Source of the DNA: Candidatus Cloacimonadales bacterium | GTDB lineage: Bacteria > Cloacimonadota > Cloacimonadia > Cloacimonadales > JAFGVF01 | Assembly: GCA_963662585.1 (NCBI GenBank) | Contig: OY759729.1 | Span: forward strand, 1,056,001-1,120,000 | Length of the DNA: 64,000 nucleotides | Direction of reading: 5' to 3' | Shown: piece by piece, positions 14,101 to 20,966 of the stretch | Layout: every line of letters starts with the position of its first letter | How positions within the stretch are numbered: the stretch's first letter is position 1 | Made by a program: the position numbers and the translations under genes | The notes under the pieces: model-generated | Databases searched by the model: none | The model's input: the letters and a program-made list of their open reading frames with translations, nothing else | Told to the model about the DNA's origin: nothing

Positions 14101-17100
14101 ATCATGTTCAGGAGCAAACCAACCTTCAGGGTCAGTACCACTATAACGAGCTGGAGCAATACCATTGAATGTATATTCAGGGATATTTATAGCTACAACA
14201 CTTTGATTATATGGATCAGCCACAAAATCAAAGTCTGATCTAGCTTCAACTACGAAAGGAATAACTTCATAACCAGCAATTTGGTTTGTGAAGTTAGCAT
14301 AATCAAAATCAGCATTATCCCATGAATAAGTATAAGTATGTTTTTCAAAACCAGTTACAGGTTCTGATTCAAATACATCATTCTCAAGGTTTGCTGAAGT
14401 AGCTGTAAAACCTTTATAGGTAAGAACAACATTAGAAGCTGATAATTGACCTTCATGAGCAATCACATCTGCTTCGAATCTAACATTTTGGTTAGGATCA
14501 ATTGAGAAGTAGTTAGTTGTTTGAAGACCATTAACGAAAACTCTAAAGTCACTAATCACAACTTGATTATTATCAATAAATGGAACATCAATATTAGTAC
14601 TTGAAGCTGAAGATTCAGTTTCATAATATTCATAAGGATGTGTTATTGTAATATCTTGAACTGTTAAAGTAGCGTATTCAGGATTACCAACACCAAAATC
14701 ATCTATAATAACAGTATTAAGACCATCGACTAAACCAGAAGTTACTGTTTCGATAGTTCCGTTATTTAAAGTAATTACAGCTTGAGTAATTCTGTTTGAA
14801 TCTGTTAAGTCAAATGTTACTTTAACTTTGTTATGATTCTCTACGATATCAATATGATTACCTTGATCTGCATGTTGATTAGGATTTGCTACATTATATA
14901 TATTCACATTAGAAACTGTAGGAATATCTTGGATTGCTACAGCAACTGCTGGTTCATTATATATAGCAGTGAAATCATAACCGGTACCAACTTCTAAACT
15001 GAAGTTAAGCTCAACATAACCATATGGTGGGTTAGCATTAGAGATGAATTCATTATAATCAAAATCATCTTGTGTCCATCTATAAGTGTAAGTGTTCTTA
15101 ACATAACCATTTACTTCTTCACTTTCAAAAACTGTACTCATAAGAGTAGGAGCTCCCGCAGTAGCTGTTGGTGTGTAGTTAAGATCAACATTGTTAGCAG
15201 TATTTATATGGTTTGTATAAGCCACAAAAGTTGCTTCAACATAGAAGTCATCGTCCATTTCAGCAGAGAATTCATTATCTACATTCTCAACACCATTAAC
15301 GAAGAATTTGATATCATTAATCACAACTTGATCTTCATCAACGAAAGGTATAGTAACATTAGGATCACTGTTTGCTTCTGAAGAATCATCTAATCCATTA
15401 TATGGATGAGAAATTTCTACATTAGCAGCAACAACTTCATATTGATCATAGTTACTTGCATCAAAAGAATTGATTTTGAATATATTTTGACCATCTTGAT
15501 AGCTGGCAACATTAAATACTTGACCATCGTTAAGAGTAATAGTAACAGCATCAATTCTTTCACTATCAGTTAAGCTAAAGAAAACCCAAACTTGGTCACC
15601 AGTTTTTATGATACTAGGATGTCTTGGGAACATATTAATAGCTTCAACATTACTTACTGTAGGTATTGAAGTAATATCAACTGTATGAGAATGAGTCTCT
15701 TCATTATCTAACATATCTTGTGCTACAAAATCAAATGTTAATGTGTTTGTATCATAGTTGTTAGGAATAGCAATTTGCCATTGATATAAGCCTGCGCCTA
15801 AATCAGTTGCAACAGTGTTATCAGGAATTAAAGTATCATCAGAACATGAAATAGTTACCTGATCAGCCTGTACACCTGCAATAGCATCTTCAATAAGATA
15901 AACTAAAGTTAAAGTTGCATTTTCATCAACTGTACTTGCAATATTACTATCAGTAAATGTAGGAACTACATTATCATAGGTTACACCATTATAAGTGAAA
16001 TCATATTCATGAACTGCCACATCACCAGTAGTAAATCCAAGTGATAAGTTTACTGGAATTTCAATAACATCACCGTTATTAATTCCGTTAGCTATACCAG
16101 TATAAGAACCAGTATAAGTAATTTCCCAATTTCCATTTCCTAAGTCATTAACTTGAGGAGCTGAAATTGTAGTTCCAGTGAAGTTTGAGAAATCTACATC
16201 AAATAGATAATTCTCAACACCTCTGCTTAGATTTTCAAAAGGAGTAATTCCAGGATAACCGTGAATACTAATATTGAATTGGAAATCACCTGCTGTTGCA
16301 GCTTTATCTAAGACCATGTCTGTATCATTATTAATATAATAGAACTCACTTGAAGCAGAAACAACTTCTGGAGCTTCTCTTAACACGATAAAGTGAACAA
16401 AAGCTTCTGAAGAGTCAGTATGCCAAGCATCGGCATCAAATGGGTATGGAGGATTGTTATATCTTCCAGGGTTTCCACCAAAATCATTTGGAGTTCTAAG
16501 AACTAATGTATAGTTAACATTTTCTAAAATACCATCAGCAAAATTAAGAATTTCAGCAGTGATATTAAAGTTCTTATAACCAAAATTACCTGAAGTTGGG
16601 CAGGTATATTTATCAGTAGGGTTAGTTGGAGTTGCTGTAATATTTACTACAGCACCAGGAACTAATTCTAAAGTATCTTCATCATATACTACTGCTGACC
16701 AAGTATTACCAGCACCATTATCTACAACTAAGTATTCACTAGTTTCAATATCAAAATTAAAACTATTAATACCATTAGCTAAGAAGAAGGTGTTTCCAGC
16801 TGGATTAGGAATATAATTATCAGCATCTGTACCAAGAATTACAGGATTTTCGTTATCTACACGAGTTGTAGCATAAGAATAAGCTGTTTCAGGAGCAATA
16901 TATCCTGTGTCAGAATATCCTTCTGGAACAACTTTAAGCTCTACATTAAGAAGCTTACTTGCTAAAGCACCAACAATATTATTATTAGTGTTTGTAAGAT
17001 TAGCAAAGTTCATTGTTTCACTGAAATTACCAATACCAGCAATCTCTGTTCCAGTCATACTTCTTACTTTAGTAGCATCATCAGGATCATAAACTCTTAA

Positions 17101-19542
17101 AGTCCAAGTATAATCTACTGATGAATTTCCGATGTTAAATGAAATTTCATTAAATGGTTTATCAACATCATTATGTGCCATTCCAGCTTCATTAGCAGGA
17201 TTAGAAATAGCATCATAAGCCCATGATGGATTACCAGGACTAATGCAATGAGGAACTACATTAACAATATCATTAATAATTTCTGGCCATACAGGTTCTT
17301 CAGGTCTATCAATTTTGAAAGACTTATCACCCGCAGCTACATTACTAATATTGAATGTTCCATTTTCGATATTTCTAGTAACAACTTCAATTTTGATATC
17401 AGAAGTAGCATTACCATAAGTATAAGTACCAGTATTATTTTCACTAAATGCTGAAACAGGAACAGATAAAGTTACACTGTTATTAGCATCAAAGTTTGAT
17501 AATTCAGTATTAAAAGCAATAGGTAAATCAGAATTGTTTCTTGTGAATATAACTTTTTCTGCATTAATAAGATTGTTTACTTCAACAACAATATCAATGC
17601 TATTAGCACCTGTATTATAGTACTGAACACTATTATCAGCTGTAAAGTATGAATTCACATAGAAAATTGGTGTTGTACCATCGATATCAGCTAAACCAGA
17701 AGCTCCACCATCGTGACGAGATGTTACATCATAAGCTACGATACTTGATGGAGTTGTTGGATCTGGAGGAATCACTGGTGGTACATAACCATTATATTGA
17801 TTAACCAATTCAACTGCTTTTGTTGAAGTTCTGATATTACCTGCATTATCTTGGATGTAAGCAGTTACAGTGTAATCGCCTTCTACCCAGCTAATATCTG
17901 CAGGAGACCAGCTAAAGCTACCATCGCTGTTTATTGCAGCGTAAGCTTCAGTAGCAACAAAGTTAATATCAGTTTTAACTTCTGAATTTTCACCTAATGT
18001 TGATGAAGTAGGATAGAAGTATTTTTTGAAATTAGTATCTGTATCAGAAGTAACTTCAACCCAATATTTAACCCGTTCTTTTCTTTCTGGTTCTAAATCG
18101 TTCAAGAAATCTCTTTTTACTGAGAAAGTGAAATATACTTCATCAGTAGAAGTTATTGAATCTTCAGGACCGAAGGAGTTTTGTTCACCATCGACATTAC
18201 CTGCTTCATTAATAGCTCTATTAATAGTATATCTTTGATTATCGCTTGATGAATCAAAGATTCTTAAAGCTGAAGCAGTACCATTAAGATTTTCATATAA
18301 TGGAGCTGTATTGTCTAAAACGAAATCTAAGACATTTAATTCTGTTTCACCATCAGCAATATCAGGATTAACTGTTGGAGGTAGTGGAGTTAAGCTAATA
18401 CTATTACCAGCTTCATCCATCATTCCAACTAGAGTTAGACCGTAAACAGCTTCTTCTAAAAGAGTACCGTTTACTTTTCCATCCCAGATGAAAGTTACTT
18501 CATCGCCATTGATACTTACATTAGTATCATCATAAGCGAATTCAATATAACCAACATTAGTATCAGTGTTTTCATTCTGAACTAATATTTCAAATGCTGT
18601 TGCATTTCCATTTTGTCCAAAATCAGGAATATCGATTTTTGCTGAAATAGTGTTTGGGAGAGTATCCCAGTCACCAAACATATCGTTACCTGGAGAGAAT
18701 CTAAATTGGTTATTATCATATAAATCAGAGATATTACCAACTGTTGGAGGCATTCTATCTGCAGGATATGGATCCCCTGCAACATCACCACTAATAGTAT
18801 TTGATGGGTGAGGAATACTTACATTGCCCCATTGGTCAGTCATTGTCATTGGTATAGTAACAGATGCGATATATCCTGCTGGACCTCCAAGTCTATTTAA
18901 CTCAAGCTCTGTTAATACATAAGTTGCTGTAAAGATGTCACCATTTCTAGTTGCAACTAAATCAGCAGGACCACCAATACTGGTAAGATCTAGGGTTAAG
19001 CCTATTACATCTTCAGTAGGGACATTCCAACCTCTATTGAAAACAAACTTCATCTCATCGCCGATACCAAAAACAGCTTTTCCTGCTGGTATTGATTCGA
19101 TTCTAGTTGAATTTCCATTAGTTATGAATGGAATTTGGTTATCGATTTTTAATAAGTAAGAATTTGTTGTGTTAAGTGGAACTGCTGCTCCATCAACATA
19201 AACAAAAACTTGATAAACATCACCTAATAAAGGTTCATTAACATTACCAGCAGTTACAACATAATCACCTGCATAAGTGTATTGTGCTCTTCTGGCTAAA
19301 GTTAAGCCGAAAGACTCTGTTTCGCCCATAATGTTATCACTCTTAATTTTTACAGAGTCAACAACTGTAGCATCGGACTCTAAGCTCACATCAAAATGAA
19401 CTGTGTACCCTACAATTGCGACTTCTTGTTCTTCGCCATCCGGATCGTAAATAACATGACTAGCAGTTACTGTTGTGGCAGCAAAAGCTAAACTTGTCAG
19501 CATTACGAACAATAAGATTAAAATCGGATGTTTGTTCAACAT
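2155..19542 (-). CDS. Giant (5,795 aa) secreted Ig-like repeat surface protein with C-terminal T9SS/FlgD-type sorting domain
   Basis: 17.4-kb uninterrupted ORF, ATG with GGAGG RBS, Sec signal peptide (..SLAFA). Asn/Asp/Thr/Val-rich with many 'D(N/T)xAP' and 'D..GN' Ig-domain boundaries. C-terminus 'PYMYPSP...VTIEIFDFAGKLVR...FDGRTNDGKRLARGAYFARI...KVVKIAIQ'. Confidence 0.9.
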   Translation of the reverse strand: MLNKHPILILLFVMLTSLAFAATTVTASHVIYDPDGEEQEVAIVGYTVHFDVSLESDATVVDSVKIKSDNIMGETESFGLTLARRAQYTYAGDYVVTAGNVNEPLLGDVYQVFVYVDGAAVPLNTTNSYLLKIDNQIPFITNGNSTRIESIPAGKAVFGIGDEMKFVFNRGWNVPTEDVIGLTLDLTSIGGPADLVATRNGDIFTATYVLTELELNRLGGPAGYIASVTIPMTMTDQWGNVSIPHPSNTISGDVAGDPYPADRMPPTVGNISDLYDNNQFRFSPGNDMFGDWDTLPNTISAKIDIPDFGQNGNATAFEILVQNENTDTNVGYIEFAYDDTNVSINGDEVTFIWDGKVNGTLLEEAVYGLTLVGMMDEAGNSISLTPLPPTVNPDIADGETELNVLDFVLDNTAPLYENLNGTASALRIFDSSSDNQRYTINRAINEAGNVDGEQNSFGPEDSITSTDEVYFTFSVKRDFLNDLEPERKERVKYWVEVTSDTDTNFKKYFYPTSSTLGENSEVKTDINFVATEAYAAINSDGSFSWSPADISWVEGDYTVTAYIQDNAGNIRTSTKAVELVNQYNGYVPPVIPPDPTTPSSIVAYDVTSRHDGGASGLADIDGTTPIFYVNSYFTADNSVQYYNTGANSIDIVVEVNNLINAEKVIFTRNNSDLPIAFNTELSNFDANNSVTLSVPVSAFSENNTGTYTYGNATSDIKIEVVTRNIENGTFNISNVAAGDKSFKIDRPEEPVWPEIINDIVNVVPHCISPGNPSWAYDAISNPANEAGMAHNDVDKPFNEISFNIGNSSVDYTWTLRVYDPDDATKVRSMTGTEIAGIGNFSETMNFANLTNTNNNIVGALASKLLNVELKVVPEGYSDTGYIAPETAYSYATTRVDNENPVILGTDADNYIPNPAGNTFFLANGINSFNFDIETSEYLVVDNGAGNTWSAVVYDEDTLELVPGAVVNITATPTNPTDKYTCPTSGNFGYKNFNITAEILNFADGILENVNYTLVLRTPNDFGGNPGRYNNPPYPFDADAWHTDSSEAFVHFIVLREAPEVVSASSEFYYINNDTDMVLDKAATAGDFQFNISIHGYPGITPFENLSRGVENYLFDVDFSNFTGTTISAPQVNDLGNGNWEITYTGSYTGIANGINNGDVIEIPVNLSLGFTTGDVAVHEYDFTYNGVTYDNVVPTFTDSNIASTVDENATLTLVYLIEDAIAGVQADQVTISCSDDTLIPDNTVATDLGAGLYQWQIAIPNNYDTNTLTFDFVAQDMLDNEETHSHTVDITSIPTVSNVEAINMFPRHPSIIKTGDQVWVFFSLTDSERIDAVTITLNDGQVFNVASYQDGQNIFKINSFDASNYDQYEVVAANVEISHPYNGLDDSSEANSDPNVTIPFVDEDQVVINDIKFFVNGVENVDNEFSAEMDDDFYVEATFVAYTNHINTANNVDLNYTPTATAGAPTLMSTVFESEEVNGYVKNTYTYRWTQDDFDYNEFISNANPPYGYVELNFSLEVGTGYDFTAIYNEPAVAVAIQDIPTVSNVNIYNVANPNQHADQGNHIDIVENHNKVKVTFDLTDSNRITQAVITLNNGTIETVTSGLVDGLNTVIIDDFGVGNPEYATLTVQDITITHPYEYYETESSASSTNIDVPFIDNNQVVISDFRVFVNGLQTTNYFSIDPNQNVRFEADVIAHEGQLSASNVVLTYKGFTATSANLENDVFESEPVTGFEKHTYTYSWDNADFDYANFTNQIAGYEVIPFVVEARSDFDFVADPYNQSVVAINIPEYTFNGIAPARYSGTDPEGWFAPEHDVKLTMNVNSVLADINPIAEFDNITNNFPDVNWVAGTVVTTSVTPIPGVTIYTHNVTWVQTPDVQACWNTYDDGENIQVEVRYNDFFNANPIPIIKSIKIDLEVPTYAEYTIVKADSNINDYATANAIPGINNLGNQVNSFNFDLTLNNPQDLNSYQFNGSLFVKRIVEDMNGVSVEEAGVALPTISTNWTAMLVGSQAVNANDIALIWKFTPVDNTAVANTDVVTIQFNELEDLVNHKNYAGENYNSPSNRYLAQGPSATVEFIASQADVDGITAFQYDGMDRMNSATSPYISNGNSIGLILEVEPLASDNATVTSVEILADNYNAANQGWVALADAGNDVYYLNSDIVANTNLGWLPLEYRITYSTGQVSQQTVANVYNLIDGTTTSLDEIYVWSETLGQNGMYYVTPGDEATVRVIFNSDAPLAGTVMKPFVTLSNFSNILDLANPYIVPQANISWDGTQWVAEITGIPVIGNYNQTSQLVSVTATNITGQMTAASTKTISYAGSGPIVPLIEHVELITNNAVNYLAVSDLQVVNPVVNVYINTQFQEYIDNVTIDPVAGLTFGAYTVAPTVLNNSKWLVTFPVTISDPTQFTEGQTVTLNITSFRDPFDNIITNVFEHHETLDVEVDGNDFDIVLNNPGTQNPTMGDFEFTFDFTNFGESYNPAYAPALADFVISSPQLVNDLNPTAFNGTVASLTIDATDFTADAATLGNTDFTVTYTNIFGFEKSENINILLDATAPVVVADGIAFESVAGMTTYSWGDVIVYDQDFTSLKVELEDPAMFGTNGVGNITANFDLVAIGVTPNTAAINNVNISFNGTVAEFDFDNGYSGFDLAEGDYQIIVNATDGLGNNYTDSQTFRYAHAPAGVSATTDPAFTLNSGNDIELEFLVNDPDGVVNTVEFQVYYDANNDGDYTDDLGNLVLQANDPVYPYGFTWNLSSPQYTSYQYNASYDGNIDGDNLDADENIRNYIVRVLTTSSQMRSVSDTQFTYSVADVTAPEVSDVLAAGMNPTQVVYDYITPANNNINLTALVGTWTDVDFVELTVNGDVLVYDMVNPVNWIYDATDIGRVIITAKAFDFVGNVSAEADFSTVLEIVNPSYDKFYNLSLVDYTNFNSDNLIANGTVYSPNNDLTMNDVRIYTTYPNGLEGIAEVQFFVNRIETATGNVLATLPVNNDAAVNPQYGNNNVVLPANCYDATANVWNSWITVDPSLYTNNGNYDGTDYTYEFYAVLIDSYTNIEVIPQVGIVSFDANFRVDYMKPELTVNNASVTHTSYTYYNANTDRLVFDFVDFDGLNINDFVVDYNAVNVADNANITINALTNTVSIPWTGLNNIAGEGVITYNVTVTDMNGNVSEITPIDVFVDNQAPQTTIANVAYMTDADNGGEAMNQIHAFDGNPIFVLAGTENLTIQIDRTQILGLSSENTDTWANQTQPWYANTNDDIYPPVSLYRNIDGAGWNRIAFDHEVDANDMYQFDINVNNGAVVEFAVIAEDTRGNIEADVTPLDGVLTNAELNNAINLTVNVLYQTDITTTIVNHNANDVISGLELLTATVATPANVASVEFQYNDGMNWIAIGTDDSMADVDYLFSIDNAAIPYAVVPGVHVEIIDSALNTTMVELDGANDNWSKTVTLTRDTYTVNYFVDANNDGIIGPLEKANFAITSEMINADGFAYQFDTTTIVDGSYLFRAVPFDNLVATDDQAAAVEMNLIIDNTAPVFDFVALNTVMLDTYKVLDENVEFSLTYVNANDVHTVQAWLVDVNNPANTYGLVNDVYAAYDVRPTDFSVLLAGVPDGNYYLEVMVQDFVNNPSNLTPILGDDLHIDTNAPVITAVNNALNMSGIYTETHQFTVAYNDYLAQLVDANGDGLGVKALEATFTHNAIVDVVDVKVSDDGAMLVFDWTPSQAMMNEVINGQDNIMVNVDVALTDHNDYVSAIFNAGNFTLRSAEVGARIMVVSDFRNGAETYHQTSVTNNEEITDVIGGNNINMFAFLPEGNNVIVPNNVRFEYWNGTNWMQFAANAAWNPIANFAGTGTITGYAQYMDVNWNIANMDGDYTVRTVSEYNFGQVINETNLHIWNSTIVPEIVVSTIDGAVTTEVNRGTEYILSLGNVVSTHPEYLNQVNYMYRFLDENDNVASPWNQLSGFTADDYNWTIGMDYLFAEKVQLAIQVENIFGNVADQVSFIANGGTPYVVDIVDSDAPMVTALTVTQAGNPVAADATVAIANALDIAVTVDNAVLDLSSVVITLDGTEVNAVTYNTNNQMNPTVVNYTLDISALTTGTYQIEVTTADFVGHNYTEAFAFSVDTDAPTGALELVENDNGYIERGLAYTFNANAMDNVTAVANLAINYYWLSDAANNVWTPIVLDANNQWMIPNNWLMNSSYEFKAEITDEYNNSSETMVSYQVRDNVTPIAINNVNTLAAFNNVHFNGPVVIELSVGADVDELNTWMKAPAATDWSAPVLIPVVNGLATYTFTPAATDVDGVYTFGFGPVVRFVDVQVQADVIIDRAVTPVTPAVAGIADDSIFNLNDEITLTFDVAADEVLDTNIELLYADILNNTWVSLGTTAAVVTNNTAEVTFANLGLVKGFYNFKAMVRDLAVPFNETEVALANNVYFDATAPEVFFTNIDNDSEFVLGNLVSINADVNYTDGTNNIAPLDVASVEFKINGLSHALVNAAPYTYVWNTALLASVGTYTIEAIVTDNDGFVNNVLQNVVVVTPNENDPYAVITGFEFNNEAISSDKMYAMVNHWGNNVTSVVAQYTTNNVDWIDFAINTTNNDPYYEFDFNAEAISNASGIKVLVMMNNDEETSLVYPLDVTYNAGEFDLVPANGNIEIHENNLMIVDTDSMPNVVRFNELGYAGYETINENYEFNLVVNANNELPGYWLSGVANNAAWLKFVELDAMAASNGVTVNYNNPYWFVMLDNQMPLADHYAQLTDQVLVNSNIAGNAVYTLPLTGTMAVEGNVVALAWDALLADFVEIDVDYNETNATMTFTAPVNTVVTVGQYVGFEMFVTEFAPVNNDVYMNAGALWTLPNVAMNFNVYHEETEMGYQLPAGFGLANISITLNNGVNNVNNIVLNNGVVSFDLVNMNAGLNELMVNVEMNGFQANQTLTFNVDSTLPTIAFDSTVQLSATNRTLTATMEDAETGLVDYNLVITNNDPAVNAVVTVPMNEMTVTGNIFSYEMSVEELVTLVPQPMRSREIASLNVQWTAENNLNQVNVMAANVTANVVVNRPQITIHNDGFENGWWINPAMSNQVLMTVVPADGRTIALEDIDVSILAVTDLNPAGILIQTSNPVPTANANEYTFGFAQLQLPNSLGLKIAVNAIDDIDVNNVAEQTFGLDYMDPIVTATAPANLVVNYGSDAQVAFSFTDPQGHFIDDDLVQHFSGASGIDISTLVVTLDGDVITGEISNGSFAYAASDLVPGAHTAVASVSDFVGNTASATVNFEVVGGPAPVVDFSPLANGSWWITTANNYEFDLTVESGHTDTELQSVVANIIQLPNNDVIQGPFSVTLENGTGTINFHGGIVTPGQNAIKVEVVAVNDWAVQTVSSQTYPIDNSRPELTVVNPMADYTTMIGNSVNVNIVATDNMSGLTMTSIKVTSLNSDFLAEAMDTETPESFNLVVTPDMAGTFVIEAQAKDMAGNVTTVTRNFDITAPAPIITISDLDDSNGWVNTQNNNNITFTVDGNGYTLDNSSIMASVIAIPSNEVIYEPFTVQAVNNEFVVNVHGGVIPTDANAIKVIVMASNVAGGDAVANHSYPIDSYSPTVEFVSPEANTTYTQTENMFVDVMMELSDIMPTVKSMATSGLDRLEVKAYDNANATVLDTVKTDVSNSYACRVPVSGLGQYHIEATIYDKAGNRTTKMMNFMVEIDYSAMDLEFTAKPYMYPSPLTRGDAGTFVIPTTKEAQVTIEIFDFAGKLVREMNHNSIGGNTNNMIQFDGRTNDGKRLARGAYFARINIVDGAKELNKVVKIAIQ

Positions 19543-20337
19543 AATTTGAAACCTCCAAATTACAATTTATTTTCTAATATTTGTAAGAATCTACTGGATT
19601 CGCCAGTGATACTTGTTTCAAAACTCTTAAATTCTTGTACTTCTCTCTCATTTTTTCCATCCCAAAACATTGGTTCACCTCGGTTTTTAACAATCATTAA
19701 ATTCCCACTTAAACTGCTAAACATAAGCATTTTCTCCTATATAAATTTATTAATTATTTCACTCAAAAATATGCATTTATACTATAAGCACAATTATATG
19801 AATACGATTTGATATAAAGCAGACCAAATTGTCAAGTTTTTTATTTTTTTTTACTTTTTATTTAATTTATCCTATTTTAAACCTATTATTAAGACTATTT
19901 TATCGATTATTGAGCTTTTTTTCACAATTTCATATTTTGCAACGAAATAATTTTTATTAGTACTTTTCTATTATTATCTATAGCTCTGTATATCATATAT
20001 TTAACAATATTTATTTTTTATCAAATATTTATATTTCTCTTATTTTTTGCCTACTATTCACTTTTTTGACTCACAATAAAAATGAAATAATTTTTTCAAT
20101 AATTACTAGCTGTCTACTTTCATTACATCTGTTTACAGTAGCACAATGGTTGAGGAAATAATGGCCAATTTACCAACTATTCCCTGAATTTCCCCTTTAC
20201 CTGGTAAATCAGGAAGTTGTTGAAGCTATATTTTTGTTGATTAAGCGAAATAGACAAATCATTATACAAGTTTAATGCTTTAATTAAAGTTGCTATATAC
20301 CCAAACTCTTCACTGCCCTATATATAAAAAATATTCT

Positions 20338-20594
20338 GTAGAGACCTTGCATGGTAGAGTAGAGACCTTGCATGTTAAGTAGAGACCTTGCATGTTAAGT
20401 AGAGACCTTGCATGTTAAGTAGAGACCTTGCATGTTAAGTAGAGACCTTGCATGTTAAGTAGAGACCTTGCATGTTAAGTAGAGACCTTGCATGTTAAGT
20501 AGAGACCTTGCATGTTAAGTAGAGACCTTGCATGTTAAGTAGAGACCTTGCATGTTAAGTAGAGACCTTGCATGCAAGGTCTCTACTTAACATG
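20338..20594. repeat. Tandem array of a 20-bp half-REP unit ending in the full palindrome GTAGAGACCTTGCATGCAAGGTCTCTAC
   Basis: One variant 21-bp unit at 20338, ten identical GTAGAGACCTTGCATGTTAA units (20359-20558), the full palindrome (20559-20586), then TTAACATG. Confidence 0.95.
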
Positions 20595-20674
20595 GTAAAG
20601 CAAAGTATTTTAAGGGTTTTATTATCTCATTACCAGAGTTTTTAAAGTTATTATAGCTTAACATGGCTTGGTCG

Positions 20675-20746
20675 CCCTCTCTTCCTTCTCTCTCAAGTCG
20701 AATATTATTTGATTATTATTCAAATTGAGTGAGAAGGAGGAGAGGG
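20675..20746. repeat. Pyrimidine/purine-arm inverted repeat; homolog at 54468-54555
   Basis: CCCTCTCTTCCTTCTCTCTCAA ... TTGAGTGAGAAGGAGGAGAGGG (20 of 22 complementary). Confidence 0.7.
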
Positions 20747-20879
20747 AAAGTAGTTGAAGACCATTGATTAAGAAGAAAAAGTAGCTACAATATAAATATC
20801 ATTATCCATTGATTAGCAGAATCTTAACACTATTTTCATATAATTTTAATATAATTTTAATAATTTTTTAACTTTTTAC

Positions 20880-20908
20880 TTGACTAAATTGTAACGAATC
20901 TTTACAAA
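20880..20908 (+). promoter_or_regulatory. Putative sigma70 promoter with overlapping palindrome TTGTAA-N7-TTACAA
   Basis: TTGACT-17 bp-TACAAA about 60 bp upstream of the regulator; palindrome at 20889-20907. Confidence 0.45.
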
Positions 20909-20966
20909 TGCTAATACAAAGTTTACACTAAGATAATTCACTTATAAATTAATGAATGAGGTTGTC

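Noticed and set aside
1178..19812. Short ORFs antisense to or overlapping the barrel and giant genes
   Set aside because: Shadow ORFs of strongly codon-biased genes; no RBS or recognisable motifs.
20338..20594. CRISPR array or replication iterons
   Set aside because: No spacers, no rep gene; the unit is half of a dispersed GTAG palindrome.
19543..20966. sigma54 -24/-12 promoter for the giant gene
   Set aside because: No TGGCAC-N5-TTGC-like match found by eye on either strand; only a TTGACA (19830-19835, minus strand) with a weak -10.
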